Below the pieces are notes generated by a model, which did no database searches, was not told where the DNA came from, and was given only the letters and a program-made list of their open reading frames with translations. A stretch of DNA of 64,000 nucleotides. Origin: Alphaproteobacteria bacterium (GTDB lineage Bacteria > Pseudomonadota > Alphaproteobacteria > UBA828). The translations under genes were made by a program, and so were the position numbers. Position 1 is the first letter of the stretch; every line of letters starts with the position of its first letter. This document shows positions 31,749-42,431 of this stretch, piece after piece. The stretch lies in assembly GCA_963422645.2 (NCBI GenBank), contig CAXXVO010000006.1:96001-160000 (forward strand), given 5' to 3'.

Positions 31749-31912
31749 GCAAACCCGCTCGGCCATGGCGCGCACGTGCACCTCAGTCGAAAAGCGCCCG
31801 CACCATAGGGGCTGACCTGCCCCCTGTCAAGCCGGAGAAGCGCCGCCGGGCGGAGCCTTAGAGCATTGATTTAGCGCAAGAAATCGTGTCACCGGAATTT
31901 GCATGCGTGGGG

Positions 31913-34900
31913 TTAGGCAGTCTCGCGCAACTGCACGGCGCGCTCCAGATCGACCGAGACGAGCTCGGAGACCCCCTGCTCCACCATCGTGACCCCGAAG
32001 AGCCGGTCGACACGGGCCATGGTGATGCGATGGTGGGTGACGACGATGAAGCGGGTGTCGGTCTCGGCGGCCAGCTTCGCGATGAGCATGCAGAAGCGCC
32101 CCACGTTGCTGTCGTCGAGGGGCGCGTCCACCTCGTCGAGCACGCAGACCGGCGCCGGGTTGGTGAGAAACGCGGCGAAGAGCAGCGCGATGGCGGTCAG
32201 CGCCTTCTCGCCGCCGGAAAGCAGCGAGAGCGATTGCGGCCGCTTGCCGGGCGGGCTCGCCACCACCTCAAGCCCGGCCTCCAGGGGGTCGTCCGAATCG
32301 ACCAGCGCCAGATGCGCATTGCCGCCGGCGAAGAGCTCCGTGAAGAGCTTTCGGAAGTGCCCGTCGATCGTGCTGAACGCAGCCAGCATCCGCTCCCGTC
32401 CCTCGCGGTTGAGGCCGGCGATGCCCCGGCGCAGGCGCCCGATCGCCTCCAGCAGGTCGGCGTGGGATTCCTGCATCTCCCGAATGCGCTCGTCGAGCTC
32501 CCTCGCCTCCTCCTCCGCCCGCAGGTTGACGGCGCCGATGTTCTCGCGCTCGCGGATCAGCCGCTGCAGCTTGATCTCCACGGCCTCTGCATCGGGCAGT
32601 TCGGCATCGGGATCGATTTCGGCAATCTCCTGCGCCTGCTCCGGTGCGACACCGAGACGCTCCGTGATCTGGGCGCCGGCAACCGTCTCCGCCTGCCTGG
32701 CCTCGGTCAGCAGGCCGTCCAGCCGGGCCGCAGCCTCGCGCGCCTCCCCCAGTGTCGCCTCGGCCCGCTTGAGCGCGGCGGCCGTCTCCTTCGCCTCCCG
32801 CTCGGCGCTCGCCAAGGCATCGACGGCGCTGCGGTGCTCGCCCTGCGCCTGCTCGATCGTGCTCAGAAGCCCGGCGCGCCGCGCCTCGAGTTCGGCCGGC
32901 CGCGCGTCGAGGTCGGCACCCGCCGCCTCGGCCTCGTCCTGCCGTTCGGCGAGTTCCTGCAGGCGCCGCCGCGCGCTGGCCGCGCGCGAGGTCCAGCCCT
33001 CGCTTTCACGCGCCAGCTCGGCGATCCGGACGCCGCGCCCGTCCGCCGCCTGCGCCACCTGGTGGTGGCGCCGCGCCGTCTCCTCATGTTGCGCGCGCAG
33101 GTCCACGAGGGCGGTGCGCAGCCGATCGCTCTCGTCCTCGCCCCCGGCGCCTGCTGCGGGCAGCGCGTCCAGCGCAGCGCGGGCGGCACGCTCCGCCTCC
33201 GCGCTCTCGGCGATCTCGTGTTCGAGTCGCGCCGCGCTCTCGTCGAGCGCGGCGAGCCGTGACCGCGCCGCCGCAACCTCGGCCGAGGCGGCCGCGCGTG
33301 TCTCTCGTGCGACCCGCAAGGCCTCGGCCGCGTCGTCGACCGCCGTCCGGGCGCGATCGCACGCGCCTTCCGCGTCCGTCCTGGCCGTGGCTGCCGCGGC
33401 GGCGGCGTGCTCGGCCCTGCGTTTCTCGCTCTCGGCCCTGGCGCAGGTCTCGGCCAGCGCCGCGACCCGGTTGCGCGCTTCCAGCCGGCGGGCTGCGGCC
33501 GTCGGCGCCTCGGCGGCCACCGAGAAGCCGTCCCAGCGCCAGAGCGAGCCTTCCCGGCTCACCAGGCGTTGGCCGGTGCGAAGCTTCGCCTGCAGCCGGG
33601 CCCCCTCCGCCTCCGCCACCACCCCGATCTGGGCGAGGCGCGCGGCCAGCGCTTCCGGCGCACGCACCATATCCGCCACCAGCGGCGCGGCGCCTTCGGG
33701 CAGCGGCGCAGCCTCGCCCGCCCGCTCGAGCGTGCGCCAGTGGACCGGTGCGTCGGTGTCCGTGCTGGCCTGAAGGTCGTCGCCGAACGCGGCACCCACG
33801 GCCGCCTCGAATCCGGGTTTGACCGTGACCCGATCCCAGAGCGCCCGGCCGGGGCCCGCGGCCGGGTCGTCGAGCAGCGCGGTGAGGGCCGCGCGTTCGG
33901 CCTCGTTCCCTGCAAGCGCGGCATCGGCCTCCCGCAGCGTCTCGCGCAGCGCACGTTCGCGGTCCACGGCCTCGGCCCGCGCCGCCTCCGCCTCCCGCAG
34001 CGCGGCGCGCGCGGCCTCGAAGCGTGCGACCTCGGCCTGCTCCGCCGCCTCGGCCTCCCTCATGCGGCCGTCGGCTGGCGCACCCTGCTCCAGCGCGGCG
34101 CGCTCGTCCCTTGCGTGGGAGAGGTCGTGCTCGAGCCGCTCCCTGCGTTGCCGGGTCTCGTCGATCCGCCTGCCGAGCGCCTCGCGCTCGGCCTCCGCCC
34201 GCGCCCGCGCCCCGGCCAGCGCCGCAAGGCGCTGCTCCACCGCCTCGACCTCGGCGCGCGCTGCCTCCCGCGCGGTGCGCGCCGCAGCCTCGGCTGCGGC
34301 ATCGCCTTCGGCCGCCCGGGCGAGCCTTTCGTGGGCCTCTCCCACACGCTGCTGCGCCGCTTCGGCATCCTGGGCGAGCGCCTGCTCGCGTTCGATATCG
34401 GCGGCAATCTGCGCGCGCCTGCCCGCATTCTCCTCACGCGCACGGGTGACGCGCTCCTCCTCCTCCGCCAGCCGCTCGTGCTCGATGCGCAGCCGGTGCA
34501 GGGCGGCGGCGCGCTGGGCCTCCTGCTGCCGCCCTTCCGGCAGAAGCGCGGCAGCGTCCGCCTGGCGGCTCGCGGCCCTGGCGGCGGTCTCGGTCGCCTC
34601 CGTGACCCGGCGGGCGGCGTCATCCGCCTCTTGCGTCACCGCCTCGACGCGGCTGCGGGCCGCCATCCAGCGCACCAGCAGCAGCGCCGCCTCGGTCTCG
34701 CGAATTCGCTCGGAGAGGCGCTTGTAGCGCTTGGCATGGCGCGCCTGACGCTCAAGGTCGCGCAGCTGGGTCTCCAGCGTGCCGATCACGTCCTGGAGGC
34801 GCTCCAGGTTGGTCTCCGCCGCCCTGAGCTTGAGCTCGGCCTCGTGCCGCCTGGCGTGCAGGCCGGTGATGCCGGCCGCCTCTTCGAGCAGGGCCCGGCG

Positions 34901-35377
34901 CTGGGTCGGCTTCGCGCCGATGATGTCGCCGATGCGCCCCTGGCCCACCAGCGCAGCGCTGTGCGCGCCGGTGGCGGCGTCGGCGAAGAGAAGCTGGACG
35001 TCGCGCGCACGCACGTCCCTGCCGTTGACCGTGTAGGCCGAGCCTTCGCCGCGCTCGATGCACCGCGTCACCTCGATCTCGGCTGCGTCTCCGAGCCCGG
35101 GCAGCGCTCTCCGGTCCGGGTTATCGAGGCTGAGCGTGACCGCGGCGAGGTCGTACGCCGGACGGCGAACAGTGCCGCCGAAGATCACGTCCTCCATGCC
35201 GCCGCTGCGCATCTGGCGGGGCGCAGTCTCGCCCATGACCCAGCGCATCGCCTCGACGAGGTTCGACTTGCCGCAGCCGTTGGGGCCGACGATTCCGGTC
35301 AAGCCGGGCTCGATGTGCAGCTCCGTCGGCTCGACGAAGGACTTGAAGCCCGCGACCTTGAGCTTCGTTACGTGCAC
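31913..35377 (-). CDS. smc: Chromosome segregation protein SMC
   Basis: GFKSF, GPNGCGKSN, coiled coils, LSGGE, LDEVDAPLD. Confidence 0.95.
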   Translation of the reverse strand: MHVTKLKVAGFKSFVEPTELHIEPGLTGIVGPNGCGKSNLVEAMRWVMGETAPRQMRSGGMEDVIFGGTVRRPAYDLAAVTLSLDNPDRRALPGLGDAAEIEVTRCIERGEGSAYTVNGRDVRARDVQLLFADAATGAHSAALVGQGRIGDIIGAKPTQRRALLEEAAGITGLHARRHEAELKLRAAETNLERLQDVIGTLETQLRDLERQARHAKRYKRLSERIRETEAALLLVRWMAARSRVEAVTQEADDAARRVTEATETAARAASRQADAAALLPEGRQQEAQRAAALHRLRIEHERLAEEEERVTRAREENAGRRAQIAADIEREQALAQDAEAAQQRVGEAHERLARAAEGDAAAEAAARTAREAARAEVEAVEQRLAALAGARARAEAEREALGRRIDETRQRRERLEHDLSHARDERAALEQGAPADGRMREAEAAEQAEVARFEAARAALREAEAARAEAVDRERALRETLREADAALAGNEAERAALTALLDDPAAGPGRALWDRVTVKPGFEAAVGAAFGDDLQASTDTDAPVHWRTLERAGEAAPLPEGAAPLVADMVRAPEALAARLAQIGVVAEAEGARLQAKLRTGQRLVSREGSLWRWDGFSVAAEAPTAAARRLEARNRVAALAETCARAESEKRRAEHAAAAAATARTDAEGACDRARTAVDDAAEALRVARETRAAASAEVAAARSRLAALDESAARLEHEIAESAEAERAARAALDALPAAGAGGEDESDRLRTALVDLRAQHEETARRHHQVAQAADGRGVRIAELARESEGWTSRAASARRRLQELAERQDEAEAAGADLDARPAELEARRAGLLSTIEQAQGEHRSAVDALASAEREAKETAAALKRAEATLGEAREAAARLDGLLTEARQAETVAGAQITERLGVAPEQAQEIAEIDPDAELPDAEAVEIKLQRLIRERENIGAVNLRAEEEARELDERIREMQESHADLLEAIGRLRRGIAGLNREGRERMLAAFSTIDGHFRKLFTELFAGGNAHLALVDSDDPLEAGLEVVASPPGKRPQSLSLLSGGEKALTAIALLFAAFLTNPAPVCVLDEVDAPLDDSNVGRFCMLIAKLAAETDTRFIVVTHHRITMARVDRLFGVTMVEQGVSELVSVDLERAVQLRETA

Positions 35378-35392
35378 GGCCCTGCGCTCCGT

Positions 35393-36013
35393 CTACGACC
35401 CCGCGAGGAGACGGTCGATGTGCTCGGAAAGCGCATCGAAGGACATCTGGCCGTCGTACGTCTCGCCGTTGACGACGAGCGTCGGTGTCCCGCTCACGTC
35501 GTATTCGGCCTGGCCGTCGGCGATCGATTGGAAAATCGCGCTATCGAGGTCCTGGTCCGCGAGGCAATCCGCGAACCGATCCCGGCTCACGCCGCCCAGC
35601 TCGCCGATCTGCGCGAGCTTCTCACTGTAGTCGTACGAGCTCGCCCAGTCGTCGAAGGTCTGAAAGAGCACGTCGATGAAGGTGAAGTAGCGCTCCCGAC
35701 CGGCGCAGTGGGCTAGCACCGCCGCCTGGAAGGCGGGCGCGTTGAGCGGGAAGTCGCGCGCCACGAAGCGCACCTTGCCGGCATCCACGTACTCCGGCTT
35801 CAGCCGGTTGTAGACCTGCTTGTGGAACCGCTCGCAGCTTGGGCAAGTCAGCGAAAAGAACTCGATCACGGTGACCGGTGCGTCGGGGGCGCCGACCGCC
35901 ATGTCGCCGGGCTTCTCGCCGATGCCGGCGGCGCGGGCGGGCGCGAGCGGCGCCAGCATCGCTGCGGCTGGAAGCGCCGCCATCGCTCCAACCAGGAAAC
36001 GTCTCGATATCAT
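35393..36013 (-). CDS. DsbA-family thioredoxin with Tat signal
   Basis: SRRFL Tat motif; CPSC; GTPT. Confidence 0.88.
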   Translation of the reverse strand: MISRRFLVGAMAALPAAAMLAPLAPARAAGIGEKPGDMAVGAPDAPVTVIEFFSLTCPSCERFHKQVYNRLKPEYVDAGKVRFVARDFPLNAPAFQAAVLAHCAGRERYFTFIDVLFQTFDDWASSYDYSEKLAQIGELGGVSRDRFADCLADQDLDSAIFQSIADGQAEYDVSGTPTLVVNGETYDGQMSFDALSEHIDRLLAGS

Positions 36014-36023
36014 GGAGATATCC

Positions 36024-36767
36024 TCATCCGTTGATGTCGCATCCGAGGAAGGTCCGCCCCTTCTGCCGGCACGCCTCCATGACCGAGAACGAGCCGGCCG
36101 CAGGATCGATGACCACGTCGCCCGGATTGCTGACAGCCTCGATCAGGGCGCTCTGGAGCCCCACCGGCTTCGGATGGACGCGGTCGCGCTTGCCGACGGC
36201 CTCGCTCCACACGTCCGGGATGGTATGGACCTTCCACACGCCCTTGGCCTTGCGCGGCGCCTTCTGCAGCACGATCAGGTGCTCGCTCGCGCGCCTGGTG
36301 CGGTAGCCCATGCCGATCCGCTTCTTGTGCCACGTCACCATGTCCACGATCTCGAGCGACGTGCCTTCGAGCCAGCCGCCGATCCCGGTGCAGAGGTGAT
36401 ACTTGTCGGTCCAGAGGAAGAGATGGCCGCTCGGCATCAGGCAGCGGTCGATTTCGCGGATGAACGACGGGATTTCGTCGGTCATCTGCGGCAGGGAGGA
36501 TCGGCCGGCGCCCCGGAGCACGCCCTCGTTGCCGTAGGCGAGATGGTCGAGCACGCCGCGATACTGCGGGTCCAGGAACGCCACGGGAACGGAACCGGCG
36601 GGCAACAGGCCGAGGAAGCGCAGCCCTTCCATCTCCAGCCGGCAATCGAAAGCGAGGCCCGGCGGCAGCGCCAGTGGCGGCTGGTCAACCTGCCGCACGG
36701 AAGAGAACACCGAGACGCTTCCCGTGCTCGGCGGCTCGTGCAGCGGTGTGGCGACTTCCTCCACCAT
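36024..36767 (-). CDS. Orphan beta-class N4C/N6A DNA methyltransferase
   Basis: FLDPQY catalytic-type motif precedes HPKP and VIDPAAGS SAM-binding motif. Confidence 0.75.
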   Translation of the reverse strand: MVEEVATPLHEPPSTGSVSVFSSVRQVDQPPLALPPGLAFDCRLEMEGLRFLGLLPAGSVPVAFLDPQYRGVLDHLAYGNEGVLRGAGRSSLPQMTDEIPSFIREIDRCLMPSGHLFLWTDKYHLCTGIGGWLEGTSLEIVDMVTWHKKRIGMGYRTRRASEHLIVLQKAPRKAKGVWKVHTIPDVWSEAVGKRDRVHPKPVGLQSALIEAVSNPGDVVIDPAAGSFSVMEACRQKGRTFLGCDING

Positions 36768-36894
36768 TCGGGCCGGACTGTACGCCCGCCCGCAACGAAA
36801 AGTATAGTTCTGCAAGTCGCAGCCCCCGCCCGACGCGCAATTGCTCGGCGGAACGCTGCGATATCATTCGATTTATGCGTGCCTTATCAATAGA

Positions 36895-37362
36895 TTACCT
36901 TCCATGCGGGCGGGCGAGGACCGCCCGGCCCAGAGCCGCGAGGGCCGACTTCAGACGATGGTCCCGGGTGGAATCGACGGCACTTTCGACACGCGCGGCC
37001 GACTCCGAGTCGATTTTCGGCGGCGTCCGGCGCTCCGAAACCCTTGCTGGCTGTGGCGATGGCGCGCGGTTTACATAGGCGATCCGCGTCACCGCGCGGT
37101 AGCCGTAGAAGGCGGCGATCCGCTCCAGAATCTGGGGTTCGAGATGCTGAAGCTCGACCGCGACCGGCCCGGAGACGCAAACCCTGAGCGTGCCGTCCCG
37201 CCCCAGGCGCTCGGGCCACGAAGAGGCGGCGACCGCCTCGCCCACGATCGCCGGCCATTCGGTGGCGATCCCCGCCGCCACCAGCCCGCGCGCCTCGAAG
37301 GACTTGGCGGTGATCTTGCCGATCAGCGAGGAGAGCGGCTTGGTCTGGCGGGGTACGCGCAT
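36895..37362 (-). CDS. DUF721/DciA family protein
   Basis: WPAIVG...ELQH...ERI..FYG; divergent from mutY. Confidence 0.8.
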   Translation of the reverse strand: MRVPRQTKPLSSLIGKITAKSFEARGLVAAGIATEWPAIVGEAVAASSWPERLGRDGTLRVCVSGPVAVELQHLEPQILERIAAFYGYRAVTRIAYVNRAPSPQPARVSERRTPPKIDSESAARVESAVDSTRDHRLKSALAALGRAVLARPHGR

Positions 37363-37437
37363 GGCTGATGCGATGAGTCGCAGGGTCCGAACCAGGGGTG
37401 TACGCCCTCCGGCGCCGGCTGTGAAGCGCCGCCGGCC

Positions 37438-38550
37438 ATGAGCGCCGCCGGGCCCACCTCGCCCGCCTCCCTGGCCCGGACGCTGCTCGACTGGTACGAC
37501 CGCCATCGCCGCCGGCTGCCCTGGCGCGCCGCTCCCGGCGTGCGGCCGGACCCCTATCGGGTCTGGCTCAGCGAGATCATGCTGCAGCAGACCACCGTTC
37601 CGGTTGTCGCAGGCTATTTCCAGCGTTTCCTGGAGCGCTGGCCGACCCTCGAATCGCTCGCGCATGCCGAGCTCGACGATGTGCTCCATGCCTGGCAGGG
37701 GCTCGGCTACTACGCCCGCGCGCGCAACCTGCACGCCTGCGCGCGGCTCTTGCTGGCCGACCACGGCGGGCGCTTCCCGGCCGAGGAGAAGGCCCTGCAG
37801 GCCCTGCCGGGGATCGGGCGCTACACCGCTGCGGCGATCGCCGCGATTGCCTTCGACCGGCCGGCGACCGTGGTCGACGGCAATGTCGAGCGGGTGATCG
37901 CCCGCCTGCGCGCGCTCGAGACCCCCTTACCGGCGGCCAAGCCCAGGCTCTACGCCCTCGCCGCCGAGCTCACGCCCCCCGGCAGGCCCGGCGACTACGC
38001 GCAAGCCCTGATGGACCTCGGCGCGGGCGTCTGCACGCCGCGCAATCCAGGCTGCCTCGCCTGCCCCTGGCAGAACGCCTGCGAGGGCCGCGCGCAAGGC
38101 ATGGCGAAGAGCCTGCCGCGCCGCGCGCCCAAGCCAGAGCGCCCGCTGCGCCACGGCGTCTCCTTCTGGCTCATGCGCGCCGACGGCGCCGTGCTGCTCC
38201 GCCGCCGGCCGGACGAGGGCCTGCTCGGCGGGATGATCGAGCTGCCGACCACGCCCTGGCGGAACGAGCCCTGGGACCTGGCCGAAGCCTCGGCCCATGC
38301 GCCGCAGCCGCTGACGTGGCAGGCGCTGCCGGAGCCGGTCCGCCACGGCTTCACCCATTTCGAGATCGAGCTGCTGGTGGCCGCCGCCGAGACCGAGGAA
38401 ACGCCCGCCAACGCGGACGAGGGCGCAATCTGGTGCCCGCCCGCGCGCTTCTCGGAACACGCGCTCCCGACGCTCACGCGAAAGCTCGTCCGTTACGCGG
38501 CGCAGCACCGGCCGGGCCCCGCGAAGAAACCGCAGGGCGGGTCCGGCTGA
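37438..38550 (+). CDS. mutY: A/G-specific adenine glycosylase
   Basis: SEIMLQQT, GLGYYARARN, LPGIGRYTA, CTPRNPGCLACP. Confidence 0.95.
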   Translation: MSAAGPTSPASLARTLLDWYDRHRRRLPWRAAPGVRPDPYRVWLSEIMLQQTTVPVVAGYFQRFLERWPTLESLAHAELDDVLHAWQGLGYYARARNLHACARLLLADHGGRFPAEEKALQALPGIGRYTAAAIAAIAFDRPATVVDGNVERVIARLRALETPLPAAKPRLYALAAELTPPGRPGDYAQALMDLGAGVCTPRNPGCLACPWQNACEGRAQGMAKSLPRRAPKPERPLRHGVSFWLMRADGAVLLRRRPDEGLLGGMIELPTTPWRNEPWDLAEASAHAPQPLTWQALPEPVRHGFTHFEIELLVAAAETEETPANADEGAIWCPPARFSEHALPTLTRKLVRYAAQHRPGPAKKPQGGSG

Positions 38551-38611
38551 GAGCATCCGCGTCCGTGGTAGCATCGCCGCGCATTTCACGGTCGGCGAAG
38601 GAGCCGCACGG

Positions 38612-40081
38612 GTGGCGGCAAGCGGACGCAGAGCGGAAAGAGAAAAGGGAGCACGGCTCTCGCCGACTCGCATCCGCGAGGCGATGCGCCGCGCCGCGCG
38701 CCACGCCCGGACGGGGCGGCTGGCGGAGGCGCACGAGCTCTACCGCAGGGTGCTCGCCGCCCGGCCCGACCACGCGGAGGCGCTGAAGGCCTGCGCGCTC
38801 GTCGCTTTCCGGCTCGATGCCGTGGACGAGGCGGCGATGCTCCTGCATCGGGCTGTCGCCCTCGACGACGCCGACGCCGGCGCCCACAACGATCTCGGCA
38901 ACGTGCTCCAGGCCGCCGGCCGGCTCGACGCCGCGCTCGCCGCCTACCGCCGCGCGGTCGCGCTCGACCCGGAGCGGGCCGAGACCCGCGGCAATCTCGG
39001 CCAGGCGTTGCGCGTCAAGGGGGACCTCGACGGCGCCGCCGAGGCACTGGGCCGGGCTGCCGAGCTCCGCCCCGACCACGCCGGCACCTGGCTCCGCATC
39101 GGGCTCGTCCGTCACGCCAAGGGCGATCTCGACGAGGCCGCGCACGCCTTCCGTAAGGCGATCGCCATCGAGCCCGAGCTTGCCGAGGCCTGTTTCGCGC
39201 TCGCTAACGTGCTCTATGCCCAGGGCCGGCTCGACGAGGCTCTCGATTCCTACGCGCAGGCCGCAGCGCTCAGGGCGGATATCCTCGACGCCTCGTTCGA
39301 GGTGGGGAAGCCCCGCCACGTCCACGCCCATCTCGATCGCGGAGACCCCGGAGCCGCCGTCGCCGCGTGCGACGACCTGCTGGCACGGCATCCCGGCCAG
39401 AGCGGTGCGCTCGCGATGAAGGCGGCCGCGCTCTGGGAGGCGGGCGAGAAAGGCGCGGCGCAAGCGCTACTCGATTTCGACCGCCTGCTCCGCCCCCAGC
39501 GCTGCGCACCGCCCGCCGGCTACCCCGGCATGGCGGCCTTCAACGCGGCATTATCCGGGATAGTCCGGGATCATCCGACCTTGCGGGCGGCGCCGGAGAG
39601 CTACTCCATGGAGCGCGGACAAAGCACCGGCGAGCTGCTGCCGGGTCGCGGCGCTACGGCCGCCTTCGGCGCGCTGGTGGCGGACGCGGTGGACCGCTAT
39701 CGCGATGCGCTGCCGCAGGATCCCGGCCATCCCTTCCTCGCCGACTTCCCGGACCGCGTCAGAATCACGGCCTGGGGTGTCATCCTCGACGAAGGCGCCT
39801 ATCAGGTGCCCCACATCCACCCCTCGGCGTGGCTCAGCGGGGTCTACTACGTGGCCCTCCCCCCTGCCCTCGGCGCCGACGACGACGGGACAGCCGGGTG
39901 GATCGAGTTCGGCCGGCCCTACTGGGACTTCCAGATTCGGGCGGAGCCCGAGACCCGCCTGATCGAGCCCGAAGAGGGGCTGATGCTGCTCTTCCCCTCC
40001 TACATGTTTCACCGCACCCTCCCCTTCGCAGGCTCCGGCGAGCGCATCAGCATCGCCTTCGACGTGCTCAGGGGAGAGTGA
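38612..40081 (+). CDS. TPR-repeat protein with C-terminal putative 2OG-Fe(II) oxygenase domain
   Basis: TPR repeats; HIHPSAWLSGVYY, FPSYMFH, RISIAFD. Confidence 0.8.
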   Translation: MAASGRRAEREKGARLSPTRIREAMRRAARHARTGRLAEAHELYRRVLAARPDHAEALKACALVAFRLDAVDEAAMLLHRAVALDDADAGAHNDLGNVLQAAGRLDAALAAYRRAVALDPERAETRGNLGQALRVKGDLDGAAEALGRAAELRPDHAGTWLRIGLVRHAKGDLDEAAHAFRKAIAIEPELAEACFALANVLYAQGRLDEALDSYAQAAALRADILDASFEVGKPRHVHAHLDRGDPGAAVAACDDLLARHPGQSGALAMKAAALWEAGEKGAAQALLDFDRLLRPQRCAPPAGYPGMAAFNAALSGIVRDHPTLRAAPESYSMERGQSTGELLPGRGATAAFGALVADAVDRYRDALPQDPGHPFLADFPDRVRITAWGVILDEGAYQVPHIHPSAWLSGVYYVALPPALGADDDGTAGWIEFGRPYWDFQIRAEPETRLIEPEEGLMLLFPSYMFHRTLPFAGSGERISIAFDVLRGE

Positions 40082-40110
40082 GGGCAGCGACGAGCCACGG
40101 GAGCGACACC

Positions 40111-40956
40111 ATGAACGAGCAAGGGCATCTCCCCCAGGAGGCCGGCTACAATTTGCGCCTGCGTCACCCGGAATTCGAAGACTACTTCGTGGTGTGGGAG
40201 GCCGAGAGCGTGCGGGTGCGCGAGGCCCTCCCCTGCACCCTCGATGTCCGCTACGGCGCGGGCCCCAACATGACCGCCGACCTCTTCCCGGCGCCGGCGG
40301 TTGGCGCGCCGATCCAGGTCTTCATCCACGGCGGATACTGGCGCGCCATGGACAAGGACGTGCACTCCTTTCCCGCCGAGGGCTTCGTGAAGGCAGGCGG
40401 CGCGGCGGTCTCGCTCAACTACGCGCTGGCACCGGCGGTGACCCTCGACACCATCGTCGAGCAATGCCGCACCGCAATAGAGTGGATCGCCGACAACGCC
40501 GGCCGGCTCAACGGCGATCCGGACCGCATCTTCGTCTCCGGCCACTCCGCCGGCGGCCACCTCACCGCCATGATGCTCTGTACCGACTGGGCGGCGCGCG
40601 GGCGTCCCGCCGGCCTGGTGAAAGGCGGCACCGCGATCTCCGGCATCTTCGACTTGGCGCCGATCATGGAGACCAGCATCAACGACGACGTCCGGCTGGA
40701 TGCCGAAGCGGCCGCGCGCAACAGCCCGATCCATCATCTGCCGCAGACCGGCGCGCCGCTGATCGCGGCAGTCGGCGCGGCCGAAACGCCCGCGTTCGTC
40801 GCCCAGAACCGGGCCTTCGCCGAGGCCTGGCGGGCGCGCGGGTTCGAGGCCACGGTCATGGAGATCGAGGGCCTCCACCACTACAACGTGGTGAGCGAGA
40901 TGGGCCGCCCCGGCAGCGCCCTCTCGCAGGCGGCGCTCGCCCAGATGGGGCTGTAG
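40111..40956 (+). CDS. Alpha/beta hydrolase (arylformamidase-like)
   Basis: HGGYW and GHSAGG motifs. Confidence 0.85.
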   Translation: MNEQGHLPQEAGYNLRLRHPEFEDYFVVWEAESVRVREALPCTLDVRYGAGPNMTADLFPAPAVGAPIQVFIHGGYWRAMDKDVHSFPAEGFVKAGGAAVSLNYALAPAVTLDTIVEQCRTAIEWIADNAGRLNGDPDRIFVSGHSAGGHLTAMMLCTDWAARGRPAGLVKGGTAISGIFDLAPIMETSINDDVRLDAEAAARNSPIHHLPQTGAPLIAAVGAAETPAFVAQNRAFAEAWRARGFEATVMEIEGLHHYNVVSEMGRPGSALSQAALAQMGL

Positions 40957-41086
40957 AGGAAGGGACTTCGTCCGCGAAGCGCCCGATGCCGCCGGGCGTG
41001 CGAACGACGGGCTTGCCGAAGCGATGCGGGAGCGGTAGGGCAAGGCCCGGCGGCCCGATTGGCCGCCGAATTTCACGAGGTGCGCC

Positions 41087-42274
41087 ATGACCCTAAGCCG
41101 CGGCCGCGATTTTCTGGCCCTTCCCGGACCCACCACCGTGCCCCACGAAGTGCTCCAGGCCATGCAGCGGCCGGCCGTCGACATCTACGGCGAGGAGCTG
41201 ACCGCCGTCACCGACAGCTGCCTCGACGATCTGCGCCGCGTCTTTCGCACGGAACAAGGCCGCACCTACATCTACATCGCCAACGGCCACGGCGCCTGGG
41301 AGGCTGCGCTCTGCAACGTCCTCTCGCGCGGCGACAAGGTGCTGGTGCTGGAGAGCGGGCGCTTCGCAATCGGCTGGGGCGAGATGGCCGAGCCGCTTGG
41401 CGTCGAGGTCGAGGTGCTCGAGTCGGAGCCCCGGCGGGCGGTATCGCCCGAGGCGCTGGAGCAGCGCCTCCGCGCCGATAGCGCGGGCGAGATCAAGGCC
41501 ATCCTGGTGGTCCAGGTGGACACCGCCTCCGGCATCGTGAACGACATCCCCGCGCTGGGGGCTGCCATCGAGGCGAGCGGCCACGATGCGCTCTTCATGG
41601 TCGATGCCATCGCCTCGCTCGGCTCGATGCCCTTCGAGATGGACGACTGGGGCGTCGATGTCGCCGTCGCCGGCGCGCAGAAGGGGCTGATGATGACGCC
41701 CGGCCTGAGCTTCATCGCGGCACGGGAACGGGCGCTGGCCGCCCACGCCAATGCCGGGCTCCGCACCCGCTATTGGGACTGGACCGTGCGCGAGGGCGAT
41801 CTCCACTACATGAAGTACTGCGGCACGCCGCCGGTGCACTTGCTCTTTGGTCTGCGCAAGTCCCTCGACATGCTCTTCGAGGAAGGACTGGAAAACGCCT
41901 TCCACCGCCACGAGCTCCTGGCCGGCGCGACCCAGGCGGCGGTCGAGCGCTGGTCGCAAGGCGGGGTGCTCGCCTTCAACGTCCCGGAGCGTGCCGAACG
42001 CTCTCCCACCGTGACCACGATCCTCATGGACGAGCCCGCGCTCAGCCGCCTGCTCGACTGGTGCTATGAGGTCTGCAACGTGAGCCTCGGCATCGGGCTC
42101 GGGCCGCTCGGGGGCCACGCCTTCCGCATCGCCCACATGGGCCACGTAAACGCACCCATGACGCTCGGCACGCTCGGCGCCATCGAGACCGGCCTCGCCG
42201 CGCTCGACATCCCCCACGGCAAAGGCGGCGTCTCAGCCGCCGTCGACTATCTCAGCAGCCGCCTGAAAGCATAA
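41087..42274 (+). CDS. Class V aminotransferase (serine/alanine-glyoxylate type)
   Basis: PGPT, DAIAS, AQKG, FRIAHMG motifs. Confidence 0.88.
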   Translation: MTLSRGRDFLALPGPTTVPHEVLQAMQRPAVDIYGEELTAVTDSCLDDLRRVFRTEQGRTYIYIANGHGAWEAALCNVLSRGDKVLVLESGRFAIGWGEMAEPLGVEVEVLESEPRRAVSPEALEQRLRADSAGEIKAILVVQVDTASGIVNDIPALGAAIEASGHDALFMVDAIASLGSMPFEMDDWGVDVAVAGAQKGLMMTPGLSFIAARERALAAHANAGLRTRYWDWTVREGDLHYMKYCGTPPVHLLFGLRKSLDMLFEEGLENAFHRHELLAGATQAAVERWSQGGVLAFNVPERAERSPTVTTILMDEPALSRLLDWCYEVCNVSLGIGLGPLGGHAFRIAHMGHVNAPMTLGTLGAIETGLAALDIPHGKGGVSAAVDYLSSRLKA

Positions 42275-42286
42275 GCCTGGAGTGTC

Positions 42287-42430
42287 CTACTGCGTCGACG
42301 ATTCTTGGGTCGGCGCGGGGCCGGTGCCCGAGGGGTCGTCGTCGGCCGGCTGCCTGAGGAACATAGCCAGCGCAATGAGGACCGCGCCGACGAAGAGCGC
42401 GACGGCGGCGTCCCTCAGGAAGCGCTTCAT
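42287..42430 (-). CDS. Small hypothetical membrane protein
   Basis: MKRFLRDAAVALFVGAVLIALAMF hydrophobic segment; GGAG RBS. Confidence 0.4.
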   Translation of the reverse strand: MKRFLRDAAVALFVGAVLIALAMFLRQPADDDPSGTGPAPTQESSTQ

Positions 42431-42431
42431 G

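Noticed and set aside
36024-36767. ccrM
   Set aside because: Too short, has DPQY rather than DPPY, and lacks the CcrM C-terminal domain.
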